Assembly: GCF_009914755.1 (NCBI RefSeq)
Contig: NC_060933.1
Reading direction: 5' to 3' (one strand)
Origin: the human T2T-CHM13v2.0 reference genome, Homo sapiens
DNA: 64,000 nt
Below are positions 22,101 through 33,816 of the stretch, in pieces. The notes below the pieces were generated by a model. That model worked only from the letters and a program-made list of their open reading frames with translations. It did not search any database and was not told where the DNA came from. Made by a program: the position numbers and the translations under genes. Position 1 is the stretch's first letter. Each line of letters begins with the position of its first letter.

Positions 22101-24965
22101 CACAATCAGAAATGATAAGGGATATCACTACTGACCTCAAAGAAATACAATCAACTATCAGAGAATACTATAAACACCTCTATGCACATAAACTAGAACA
22201 TCTAGAAGAAATGGATAATTTCCTGGACACATACACCCTCCCAAAAGTAAACCAGGAAGACACTGAATCCCTGAATAGTCCAAAAATGTGTTCAGTAATA
22301 AATACTCTACCAACCGAATAAAGCCCAGGACCAGAAGAATTCAGAGCTGAAGTCTACCAGAGGTACAAAGAAGAGCTGGTACCATTTCTACTGAAACTAT
22401 TCCAAAAAAATTGAGGAGGAGGGACTCCTCCATAACTCATTCTATGTGGCCAGAATCATCCTGATACCAAAACCTGGCAAAGATACAACAACAACAACAA
22501 AAAGAAAACTTCGAGCCATATCCTTGATGCACAATGATGCAAAAATCCTCAATAAAATACTGGTAAACCAAATCTAGCAGCCCATCAACAAGCTTATCCA
22601 CCATGATCAAGTTGGCTTCATCCCTGGGATGCAAGGTTGGTTCAACATACACAAATCAATAGATGTGATTTATCACATAAACATAACTAAAGACAAAAAC
22701 TACATGATTATCTCAAGACATGCAGAAAAGGCCTTTGATAAAATTCAACATCCCTTCATGTTAAAAACTCTCAATAAACTAGGTATTGAAGGAAAATACC
22801 TCAAAATAATAAGAGCCATTTATGACAAACCCACAGCCAATATCATACAGAATGGGCAAAAGCTGGAAGCATTCCCCTTGAAAACCAGCACAAGACAAGG
22901 ATACCCTCTCTCACCACTCCTATTCAACATAGTATTTGAAGCCCTGGCCAGGGCAATTAAGCAAGAGGAAGAAATGAAGGGTATTCAAATAGGAAGAAAG
23001 GAAGTCAAATTATCTTTGTTTGCAGATGACATGATTCTATATCTAGAAAACCCCATAGTCTCAACCCCAAAGCTTCTTAAGCTGATAAGCAATTTTAGCA
23101 AAGTCTTAGGATATAAAATTAATGTGCAAAAATTGCTAGCATTCCTGTACACAACAGACAAGGAGAGAGCCAAATCACGAATGAACTCCCACTCATGATT
23201 GCCACGAAAATAATAAAATACCTAGGAACACAGTTAACAAGGGAAGTTGAAGACTTCTTCAAGGAGAACTACAGACCACTGCTCAAAGGAATCACAGAAG
23301 ATACAAACCAGTGGAGAAACATTCCTCGCTCACGGATAGGAAGAATCAATAACACAAAAATGGCCACACTGCCCAAAGCAATTTATAGATTCAATGCTAT
23401 TCCCATTAAACTACCTTTGACATTCTCCACAGAATTAGAAAATACTATTTTAAAATTCATATGGAACCAAAAAAGAGCCCAAATAGCCAAGACAACCCTA
23501 AGCAAAAAGAATAAAGCTGAAGGCATCATGCTACCCAATTTAAACTATACTACATAGCTACAGTAACCAAGACAGCATGGTATTGGAACAAGAACAGACA
23601 CATAGACCAATGGAACAGAATAGAGAAGTCAGAAATAAGACCATACACCTAGAGCCATCTGATCTTTGACAAACCTAACAAAAACAAGCAATGGGGAAAG
23701 GATTCCCTATTTAATAAATGGTGCTGGGAGAACTGGCTAGCCATATACAGAAAATTAAAACTGGACAGACCCCTTCCTTACACAATATAAAAAAATTAAC
23801 TTAAGGTGGATTAAAGACTTAAATGTAAAATCCAAAACTATAAAAACCCTAGAAGAAAATCTAGGCAATATTATTCAGGACATAGGCATGGGCAAAGATT
23901 TCATGAGAAATATACCATTGGCAATTGCAACAAAAGTAGAAGTTGACAAATGGGATATAATTAAACTAAAGAGCCTCTGCACAGCAAAAGAAACTATCAT
24001 CAGAGTGAACAGACAACCTACTAAATGGGAGAAAACTTTTGCAATCTGTCCATCTGACAAAGGTCTAGTATCCAGAATCTACAAGGAACTTAAACAAATG
24101 TACTAGAAAAAAACAAACAACCCCATTAAAGAGTGAGCAAAGGACATGAACAGACACTTCTCAAAAGAAGACATTCATGGGGCCACAAAACAATTGGAAA
24201 AAAGCTCTACATCACTAATCATTAGATAAATGCAAATCAAAATTACAATGAGATACAATCTCATGCCAGTCAGAATGGCAATTTACTACAAAGTCAAGAA
24301 ACAACAGATGCTGGCAAGGTTGCAGATAAATAGGAATGCTTTTACACTTTGGTGGGAATGTAAATTAGTTGAACCATTAAGGAAGGTGGTGTGGCAATTC
24401 CTCAAAGATCTAGAACCAGAAACACTATTTTACCCAGAAATTCCATTAGTGGATATACACCCAAAGGAATATAAATCATTCTATTACAAAGATACATGCA
24501 CGCTTATGTTCACTGCAGTACTATTCACAATAGCAGAGGCATGGAATCAACTGAAATGCCCATCAATGATAGACTGGATATAGAAAATGTGGTACATATA
24601 CCATGGAATACTATGCATAAAAGGGAATGAGATCATGTCCTTTGCAGGGACATGGATGGAGTTGGAAACCGTTCTCCTCAGCAAACTAACACAGGAACAG
24701 AAAACCAAACACTGCATTTTCTCACTTATAAGTGGGAGCTGAATGATGAGAACACATGGACACATGGTGGGGAACAACACACTCTGGGCAACTGTGGGGG
24801 TGGTGGGGCAAGGGAGAGCATCTGGAAGAATGACTAATGGATGCTGGGCTTAACACCTGGGTGATGAGATGATCTGCGCAGTAAACCACCATGGCACACA
24901 TTTACCTATGTAATGAACCTGCACATCCTGCACATGTACCCCTGAACTTAAAGTTGAAAAAAAAA
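19165..24965 (+). mobile_element. Near full-length older L1PA (about PA8-PA13), inactive
   Basis: 5'UTR, ORF1 pieces (19993.., 20481..), fragmented ORF2 incl. RT ([10 protein letters not shown]), 3'UTR and A tail. Confidence 0.92.
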
Positions 24966-25136
24966 GGAATAGGAAATAAATAATAAAATGTGATTTAAAA
25001 ACCCTTTTCACAAACTACAACACACATAGTATACAAAAGTTGATCATAAAGGTATACAATTTTGTGCATGAACATGTGTTACCAATATGTTCTCCCTGAA
25101 ACTGTTGAATTCTTCTGCTCTTTTCTTGCCTTTTTT

Positions 25137-25138
<2 letters not shown>

Positions 25139-25188
<50 letters not shown>
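25139..25188. repeat. (TG)25 microsatellite
   Basis: Perfect dinucleotide run. Confidence 0.97.
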
Positions 25189-25189
<1 letters not shown>

Positions 25190-25966
25190 CCTCCAGCTCC
25201 AGACTCTAGAGACAGTAATTGTAGTTTCAAATTAAGTATTCAGATAACTGGTAACAATTAATCAATCACCCATGGGAGTTCAAAGAAAGAAATTCATGGA
25301 AAGATACAATGTGATTTCTCCCAAGTATAAAAAAAACCTCCATGGGTGCTCTCCCAAGACTTAACAGTCAACCCTATAGGATGCCTGTGTTTCTCATCCT
25401 TCTCAGGATCAATGGAGGGCAGATGTAAGTACATACCTTTGAAGAAAGTTCCTTGTAAACTTCAAACATTGTTATACAAGCCTAAAGTGATGTTATTGGA
25501 ATTTTAATAGTGTTCACAGGACCTGGTTTAAACATCACTAGTCGTCTTTCTCTAATGAACAACTGATCCATCCACTCATCAAAATACTATGGATAGATAC
25601 ACAAGACAATATAGAAATCAATACAATATATTTTAATGTTTGGAAGAAAAAATACAAATAAATACGGAGTAAGTTAGGAGAAATATTAAATGTGGGAGTT
25701 GAGTCAGGCTGGTGGGAAAAATTTAAAGATAGTTATAAGAAAAAGATGCAAACCTTCTTGGAAGGCTGGAGGTGTTGCATAAGCTCCAGTAATAGATCAG
25801 GCTGGAGGCAGCCTAATCCTTACCTTGAGTTAATAGCTTAGGGCACAGATACAAAGGAATGTATAGTAGTTTATCTAAATAGCTTGTTTACACATGTGGT
25901 CTTAAGACCAACCTTTGATCAACCGCAGGTGCATAATTGCTCTCTACTCGGGAGGGTGGCAATGTC

Positions 25967-27636
25967 TACACTCTATTGGGCTCATATCTTAGATCCACTT
26001 TTCTTTTGCCCTGTCACTTGGGTATACAACCCCTTCCCAGCCTTTAATAACGTGACTGCTTAGCTAGGAGGGATAGATTTACCCCCAGTGGGGTTCCTCA
26101 ATAATGGCACACATTGGACTAAGGTGCCAGATAACACTACAGATCACTCTACTATCCTCCCATTGTGTGTAAATTATAAATGTTCTAACCCTTAGTGTGC
26201 ACCTACTGAAACACAATTATGGCTACATCATGGCAAAAGAAGTGCCTTAACAGTCTTAGCTGCAGGTAGCCTCAAAACGGAAATCAAGTCTGCTTTCCCA
26301 AACATTCCTTCCTGTGCTAAAGAACAAAGCCGGAAAAATAACGGATTCCACTTTAGCTGGGAGATCTGTCATGGGGAATAAGCTCATAGCCTCCAGTTAG
26401 GCAATTATAACATCCTAGACTGGAGCCCCTGTGGCCATTTGTAGGGCAGCCTTACTGATATCCTCATCCATCATGGCATCGATCACAGTTTCATAGCCTC
26501 GTCCCATTCCCTTATGATTTGGGCCGATGGGAGGATAGGATATCCCAGACCCCGAGTAAAGTTGATGCCTCCCCAAGACACTTTATGTTGCCTGGGACAT
26601 CTTAGCACCTCCCTTGACACCTGGCATGGGACATATCATAATTACAGTAACAACTATACTATAACCTTTATTCATAATCACACTGATCAGTCCCTAATTT
26701 GCAACTCCATCCATATGTTTTCCTTATGGGAACTAATATTTCTATTACAACCCAAAATTCCATGTTTGTGACCCGGGTGCAAGGACAGGCTTTGTTTGCC
26801 TCATGTACCACTAATTACAATATATCTAATTTAAATACTACTAGTGTCATGGTATTAAGGAGACAATCTGAGGCATTCCTACCCGTCAATTTGACACACT
26901 ATTGGCAAGGTTCCTCTTCCTTTGCCACCTTAGAATGTGCCCTATCCCAGGTCAGACCCAAAAGATTTATAGGCACACTTATAACCTTTATAGTCTCAGC
27001 CATAGTCATCCTAGCAACTGCTAGTGTGGCTATAGCATCTACTACCGAATCAGTGCAAACAGCTGCTTTTGTAGACAATTTGGCCAGAAATGTGTCTAAT
27101 GAACTTCTCTTACAGCAGGGTATAGATCAAGAGATTCTTGCACGTCTGCAAGCCCTCGAGGCTGCCTTGGAATTTGTGGGGGAGCGACAAGATGCCCTAG
27201 CATTCTGATAGCAATTAAACTGTGACTGGGAGCATAAACATATCTGTGTCACATTTTTACCTTGGAATCAATCAATACATAGTTGGGATGAGGTGAAACA
27301 ACACCTCTGGGGAAACTTTCATGACAATTTAACAGCAGACGTAAAGCAACTTAAAACTAAAATTTTAGAATCCCTTCACATGATAGATCTACATACTCAA
27401 CAAACAGCCATATGGAAAGGTGTGCAAGATCATTTCTCCTGGTTATACCCCCGATCCTGGGGGTCACACTTTGACTGGAAAGGAATGTTACTAATTATAC
27501 TCATGATTGTCTTACGTTATTTGCTAATTCTATGATGCAAAGCCGGAATAAAAGCAAAACCTAACAAACCTGTTGCTGCACACATCTGTACTCTTAAGTC
27601 AACAGAACCCGATGCAAAGAACAGAAAGGGGGGAGA
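25967..27636 (+). pseudogene. HERV-K-like env pseudogene (SU part + TM)
   Basis: TLYWAHILDP SU motif, furin-like RPKR, fusion peptide FIGTLITFIVSAIVILATASVA, heptad repeat, CDWEHKHIC loop and hydrophobic anchor. Frameshifts in SU; stops at 27206-27211 and 27533. Confidence 0.88.
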
Positions 27637-28130
27637 TGTGAGAGTTCAGTCAGGCTGGTGGGAAAATTTTTTCAGATAGTTATAAGAAAAAGACGCAAAC
27701 CTTTTTGAAACGCCGGAGGGGTTTGTATAAGCTCCAGTAATAGATCAGGCTGAAGGCAGCCTAATCCTTACCTTGAGTTAATAGCTTAAGGCACAGATAC
27801 AAATGAATGTAGTTTATCTAGTTTGTTTACTCATGTGGTCCTAAGACTAATCTTTGATCAACCGCGGGTGCATAATTGCTCTCTACTCGGGAGGTTGGCA
27901 ATGTCAATTACCTTCTAGTGGTGTTTACTCAAGACCTTCGTCATTTAATCTATGCTGAATAAATGTGAGCTTTGCTGGCTGATCGGGGCCACGGCTGCAA
28001 CTCTTTACAGCACCCTCCTTGGTGTCTGTAGGTGGCCCGGACCCTCAGCTGGACTGACAGGCAAACTATCTGTGTCAGTGTATGTTATTCATCCGTCGTT
28101 GGGTCAGGGTCTGTGGGACAGACCCCCGCA
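27637..28130 (+). promoter_or_regulatory. 3' LTR, reported placental regulatory element of INSL4
   Basis: Complete ~494-bp LTR (AATAAA 27958-27963) ending 482 bp before the INSL4 ATG. ERV-LTR control of placental INSL4 expression is prior knowledge. Confidence 0.8.
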
Positions 28131-28409
28131 ATTAAAAGCTTATATGCCAAATGTTAACTAAGATAATTTCTAGCCAATGAGCTTACAGGTCAGTTCTATT
28201 TTTATTTCATCTAAGCAAAGGACATTAAAAATTACCATTATTTTAGTAAGCATAAAAATAGTATTACAGGAGGAAAGTTAAGAAAAAGAAGTAGAACAAC
28301 CAAATTCAAAACAAGCAAAGTGCAGCAGCACATTGGGAGCAAAGAGGGATATGAGAGTGTGGGTAGGGCAAGTAGGGAGACTAAATAAGAACTGAGGGAG
28401 AAAGTTCCT

Positions 28410-28612
28410 TGTAGGTGGGTGGGAAAGGGGTGGAACTGACACCATTGACGCAAAAGCTGAGTAATAGCCCTAAGCAAATAAATGCCTGATGAAGGCATGC
28501 AGAAAGCAGTCTGGAGCCCAGAAGGGACACACCAGCACAGTCTGGTAGGCTACAGCAGCAAGTCTCTAAAGAAAGGCTGAGAACACCCAGAACAGGAGAG
28601 TTCAGGTCCAGG
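28410..28612 (+). promoter_or_regulatory. INSL4 proximal promoter and 5'UTR
   Basis: GT/GC-box tract 28414-28433, TGACGCAA (CRE|C/EBP-like) 28446-28453, TGAGTAA 28458-28464, TATA-like AAATAAAT 28476-28483, about 30 nt before a likely TSS near 28508. Confidence 0.6.
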
Positions 28613-28808
28613 ATGGCCAGCCTGTTCCGGTCCTATCTGCCAGCAATCTGGCTGCTGCTGAGCCAACTCCTTAGAGAAAGCCTAGCAGCAGAGCTGAGGG
28701 GATGTGGTCCCCGATTTGGAAAACACTTGCTGTCATATTGCCCCATGCCTGAGAAGACATTCACCACCACCCCAGGAGGGTGGCTGCTGGAATCTGGACG
28801 TCCCAAAG
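28613..28808 (+). CDS. INSL4: INSL4 coding exon 1 (signal peptide + B chain + start of C peptide)
   Basis: ATG at 28613; [43 protein letters not shown]...SGRPK matches placentin/EPIL. Phase-1 donor AAG|GTGAGA at 28808/28809. Confidence 0.98.
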
Positions 28809-30286
28809 GTGAGAGCCCTGGACTACCAAACAATCAGAATGAGGCCTGAAAAAACAGGCTCCAGATCTCATTGACTGCCTGTAGTCAACTCAGACTCTAC
28901 TGTGGCTAGTGCCTACAAGTTTGTGGTTTTTCATTGTAATGTGCTTTTATTAAAAGGGTCTCACCAGAAATCTCATGGGAAGTTGGGGGTAGAGGAGAAG
29001 CTGCAGGAAAAACAGAAGAACAGCCTCACCTTGGAGGCTCTTGGTGCCTTTCCCACCTGGCAGCCAGAGATACAGGGTGGAGAAAACAGGGAATCCTCAG
29101 AGAAGGTGACTATTCTCAAACACCAGCAGGAGGTGAGGTGTACTCCCAGACCCCCAGGAAAGCTGGGCAGGCCAGAAAACAGGTGTGATTGCAATGAGAT
29201 GCCTGGGCCAGGCATCTTCAATTAAGAAGAAAGGGGACAAACAGTGAGGTGATGAGCTGATTATCATTTCTGTTTATGCACCTATTGGCCTAGGGGCAGC
29301 ACACTGAGACCTCTGTTAGGTTCCTGGAATGTGAGATAAAGGGGGCTTAGATTTAATAACTCTCATCCTTTGTCATTAAGCTGGGCAGTGGTCTATGTCA
29401 CCAAAAACGTCCTCTTACAAAAAAGTTTTTTTTAATGCACACCAACAGAGCACCTTGCCTCCCATTTCTTTGAATCTACTCTTGTAGTGTGTTGAGAGAG
29501 ATGAGATGAAGAGAAAGAAAGTGGCCTGGATGACTAGAGGGGAAATTGAAGGGGACCAGAGACAAGGGAATTTCACTGTTCAGACCATCATAGCTGATTT
29601 GATTAGTGTTTTCAACATTTGAGACTGCAAAGCATTTTCTTTAAAAGCAAGATTTCAGAATTGAGGAAAGTTCAATACCAGGATAGTTTTCAAACTTTAC
29701 CAAGTAACAAGGTATTCATAAAGATAAATTGCCAGCTAAGTTAAAACTAGCAGGGGCAGTTTCGAAAAGAGATAGAGGCTACTATATTCTGTCTAATAGG
29801 TCGTATTAAGTTCTGAAAAGCTAAGTTAAATTACTAAACATTGTTTTACATTTAATACAAATGACACAGGTTTTGAACCAGCAATGTGTGACTCCAGAAC
29901 TGCTTCTTGTAACCCATATGCATACACTTCATTAAATCATTAAATGACTCTGTTTAAAGTTATCGTGCACAGTGAATGCACTTGGATTTTGTGTGATTTA
30001 TATAACGATTTCAAAGTTATTTCCTTTTTTTACATTATTAGTCAGAGCTTGTTTCATTTTACTATAAAATAAGGGAAGAATACCACAAAGTCCAAACAAT
30101 TTCTAATGCAAACTAAGGAAGAGCATGCTGTACTATAATTTCTATTTAAATTTCACTTTTTTTCAGTAAATAAGTGAAAATCCTCATTTAAATACTTTGA
30201 CAAATATAGATAAATTTAACAAGAAAAATGGAAAGTATTCATGGATAACAAATGTTAACATTTGGTGTCGACACATATAGATGTAT

Positions 30287-30319
30287 GTTGCTTCTCAGCC
30301 TTTTAGCTAAGATCCACTG
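30287..30319 (+). pseudogene. 3'-truncated U2 snRNA retrocopy in the INSL4 intron
   Basis: GTTGCTTCTCAGCCTTTTAGCTAAGATCCACTG vs U2 5' end ATCGCTTCTCGGCCTTTTGGCTAAGATCAAGTG; 12-bp TSD ATATAGATGTAT (30275-30286 / 30320-30331). Confidence 0.85.
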
Positions 30320-30742
30320 ATATAGATGTATAGATTTATGTGGATCAGATTTGAATATCTGAATCTTTCTATTAGAATAACTTGTGATTATAAAAAAAAT
30401 TCCCTATTGCTATCCAGTACATAATGCATTGAGGTTATCAATCAAAACAGTGTCAGGGAGAGTCAAAAGTGGTATGGTATAGGCATTTAGAGGGTCATTA
30501 GAAGAGTGCATAGAGGGGACAGGATGAGGAGTTAGCATATCCTTAATATTGTAGTATCTTAAAGTGCCCTACTCTAAGTAAGCTAAGTTGTTGAAATGTT
30601 AGGATACTTGCTGATTCTCTCTGGTGTTTAATTACATGGAGGCAATGGGTACATTGTGGTCTAGGCAAATTGTATAATTTTTCTGATCCTCTTTCACATG
30701 AATGTTTTTCCTCACCTTTCATTCCTCTCTTTTACTTCACAG

Positions 30743-30966
30743 AAATGGTGTCAACCTCCAACAACAAAGATGGACAAGCCTTAGGTACGACATCAGAATT
30801 CATTCCTAATTTGTCACCAGAGCTGAAGAAACCACTGTCTGAAGGGCAGCCATCATTGAAGAAAATAATACTTTCCCGCAAAAAGAGAAGTGGACGTCAC
30901 AGATTTGATCCATTCTGTTGTGAAGTAATTTGTGACGATGGAACTTCAGTTAAATTATGTACATAG
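30743..30966 (+). CDS. INSL4: INSL4 coding exon 2 (C peptide, RKKR cleavage site, A chain [15 protein letters not shown])
   Basis: Pyrimidine tract plus CAG| at 30742; G|AA rebuilds Glu; 196+224=420 nt = 139 aa + TAG. Insulin-family CC-x3-C-x8-C A chain. Confidence 0.98.
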
Positions 30967-31037
30967 TAGAGTAATCATGGACTGGACATCTCATCCATTC
31001 TCATATGTATTCTCAATGACAAATTCACTGATGCCCA

Positions 31038-31043
31038 ATTAAA
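31038..31043 (+). terminator. INSL4 polyadenylation signal (ATTAAA)
   Basis: ATTAAA ~70 nt after the stop codon, followed by T/G-rich sequence. Confidence 0.65.
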
Positions 31044-33019
31044 TGATTGCTGTTTATTAGAACATGAGAATCATTATTAGTATTCACATGTTTCACTTGC
31101 TCTGTACTAATATAGTCTCTCCAAATGGAGGAAGTTAGATAGATGGAATAAGTTCTAGTAGTTGATAGTACAATGGGGAAATTATACTTAACAATAATTC
31201 ACTGTATATTCCAAAATAGCTAGAAGAGAATTGTAATGATTCCAACACAAAAAAGATGAATGTTAGTTTGGATGCATATCCCAATTACCCTGATTTGATC
31301 ATTACACATTATATACACGTATCAAAATATCACATGTACTACAAAAATGTGTATAACTGTAATATGTGAACTACAAACTTACTGGAAATAAATTTTTAAA
31401 GTTTTACACACATAAACACATACGTTCACACACACTCACTCAAGTCTCTTCATTTTTCCTCTTTTCACACTAGAAGAAATGTAAGAGATAAAGGATCTAA
31501 CCATCTCTAACATCAGCTCATAGTACGGAGGAAAAGCAGTGAAGGAATGAACTGGTGGGAGAGGTATTAGGCATGTTCACCCTAGGGTAAACCCAGAGAC
31601 CTCCCTAGAACTTTGCCCAATGCATATCCTCCACCTGCCTCTCAGCACGCTGCCTTTAGACCTTCAATCATTCTATAAACTCCTCTTTTGTCCCTGGCAT
31701 TACTCCACATCCCCTCATCAAAGTGGTGAATTGGCACAAATACTGGCATTCCTCTGGCTACACATACCTCCTCCCTATGTGTCTCTAAATCCTAAATCAA
31801 AGAGTACATTTTATACTCTGTCAGTGAGGTTCTACTAGTTGTGTTTGTTTGTTTGCAGGCTAACTGAAGCTGCTACTACCTCATTATCAGGTCCTATAAA
31901 CTTAATTCAAGTGGCATGATTTGAGTAGCCCCCTGTGCCTGCCCATAAAGTGCTCTGAATCTAGTGTGGGACATGGAGAAGCAAAGGATAATAAGTGCAA
32001 TGATACTTGTAGGTCATCATAGAGACTGTAATGATCCACAGGAATCAGGGTCGTGTTTAATGCCAACATGTGAAAGAATAAATATACAGGGAACAGTGTA
32101 GGTAAGAGGAGAGAGCAAAATTTCCCTAAGGAAACTGATGGCTGATCTGCATCTTGAAAGACATCTAAGCAGAAGAGAGTGCAAAAAGGGACAAGTAGAA
32201 GCCCAGGAAAATGCACAAAGGCCTGGAAGCATAGCATGTGTGGAAACAGCCAGAGTCAGCAGGGCAGGAGGTGGTGTGGAGAAAAGGAATTGTCAAGATC
32301 TGGTTGGAATGGAGACAGGAGAGAGGATCTCAAACGATTCCACACAATGCAGCTATGGGGTTTAGGCTGCATCCTGGAGTAAGGAAGAACTGCTCATGAT
32401 CTTGATACATCTCTCATAAAGAACTTTTTCCTACCAATACTCTATTGAAGATGAAGAGGGATCATGGGAGTCATAGGGCAGAACTCATAGATTATACTGT
32501 ACAGTCTGAACTGTACCACCTGGTTTGCCTAGACTCCTCTAGATTGTTCTTTGAGAACAAAGGGGAGAAGCGCATAAGGTGTATTTCTTGACAGTAGTGT
32601 CGATCAATAAAATATCAATATTTTGGGTCTCTACGTTATTCATGATCAATGATTGAGTTTACTCTATGTGTCTATCAGTTTTCTAGGACTTTAGGATTCA
32701 GGAGAGAAAAAATAATAATTATGCTTTCATGGAGCTTCTACCTGGTTACTTGACTGACTCTGAACCTTCTCTTGGCACATGCATTCTATACATAATTCTA
32801 TTCTTTTAGTAAAAATAGAGGTATGAAAAGAGGATAATAGAGAAAGCTCCATAATTTTATCTGGTGTCTATCATTTCAATCTCTTAACCAGGAAATACCC
32901 AAAGACTGCTTCCAGGAGGATTTTTAGGAGATGGAAATATCTCTCACTCTTTGTCCCACTGCTTATAAACCTGCATGACACCCTAAAGTGACAGCAGGAC
33001 AGGCACCTAGAGTGGTTCC

Positions 33020-33816
33020 AAGGATGTATGAAGTCCTTCAGCTGCTTTAAGAAAGTACACAAACTGGTGGCTTAAGGCAATTGAAATACATTTTCTCCCA
33101 GTTCTGGAGGTTAGACATAGAAAGATGATGCACTTTCCGTAACAGGTACAGTATAATCCTCACTGGCTTCTGGTGGTTTGCTGTCAATCTTTGGCATTCC
33201 TTGGCTTGCAGGTGCCAATCTTCAGCCTCCACACTGTCCATACATGGTGTGCTCTCCGTTTCTGTGTGCACATTGTTTTCTTATGAGTACACTAGACATT
33301 TTGATTTAAAGGTCCACTCAGGCTATGATGACTTCATCTTAACTAATTATATCTGCAACAATTATTTTTATAAGCATATTCTGAAGGATTATTATCTTAG
33401 TCCATTTTCTGTTGCTAATAACAGAACACCTGAAATTGGGTAATTTATAAAGAAAATAAATTTATTTCTTACAATTAAGGAGTGTAGGAAGTGCCAGAGC
33501 CTGTCCTGGCATCTCATGAAGACTTTCTTTCTGATGGGAAATCTCTACTGGGTCTTGATGTGTTGCAGAGTATCACACAGCAAAAGTCCAGAGCATGCTA
33601 ACATACTTGCTTAGGTCCCCCTTCCTCTTTTTATATAAGCTACCATTTCACTCCTCTGATAATCCACCAATCCTTTAATTCATGAAAGGGTTAATCCCCT
33701 CATGAGAGCAGAGCTTTCATGACCCAATCACTACTTAAAGGCTCCAACTTTAATTCTGCCAAAATGGAGAGTAAGCTTCCAACACATGAAATTGTGGGAC
33801 ACATTCAAACCATGGC
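33020..33816 (-). mobile_element. Nested MaLR LTRs (MLT1-like + MST/MLT1A-like)
   Basis: MLT1 motifs (AAACTGGTGGCTTAA, GACTTCATCTTAACTAATTA), then ATCTTAGTCCATTTT...CAAACCATGGCA. Confidence 0.7.

Larger units (their letters stand above)
25691..28130 (+). mobile_element. Internally deleted HERV-K(HML-5)/LTR22-like provirus: partial 5' LTR + env + 3' LTR
   Basis: TG...CA ends; 6-bp TSD ATTAAA (25685-25690 / 28131-28136). 25691-25966 is a direct repeat of 27637-27905. Polypurine tract ends at 27636. Betaretroviral env in between. Confidence 0.9.

Noticed and set aside
19165-24965. Possible active full-length L1
   Set aside because: ORF1 and ORF2 carry many stops, frameshifts and a deletion.
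27862-27870. Possible GCM1 site CCGCGGGT in the 3' LTR
   Set aside because: Two mismatches to ATGCGGGT; too weak to call from sequence alone.
28809-28849. ORF-track extension of INSL4 exon 1 ([13 protein letters not shown])
   Set aside because: Read-through past the canonical splice donor into the intron.
30670-30742. N-terminal part of the 98-aa ORF
   Set aside because: Intronic pyrimidine tract upstream of the acceptor.
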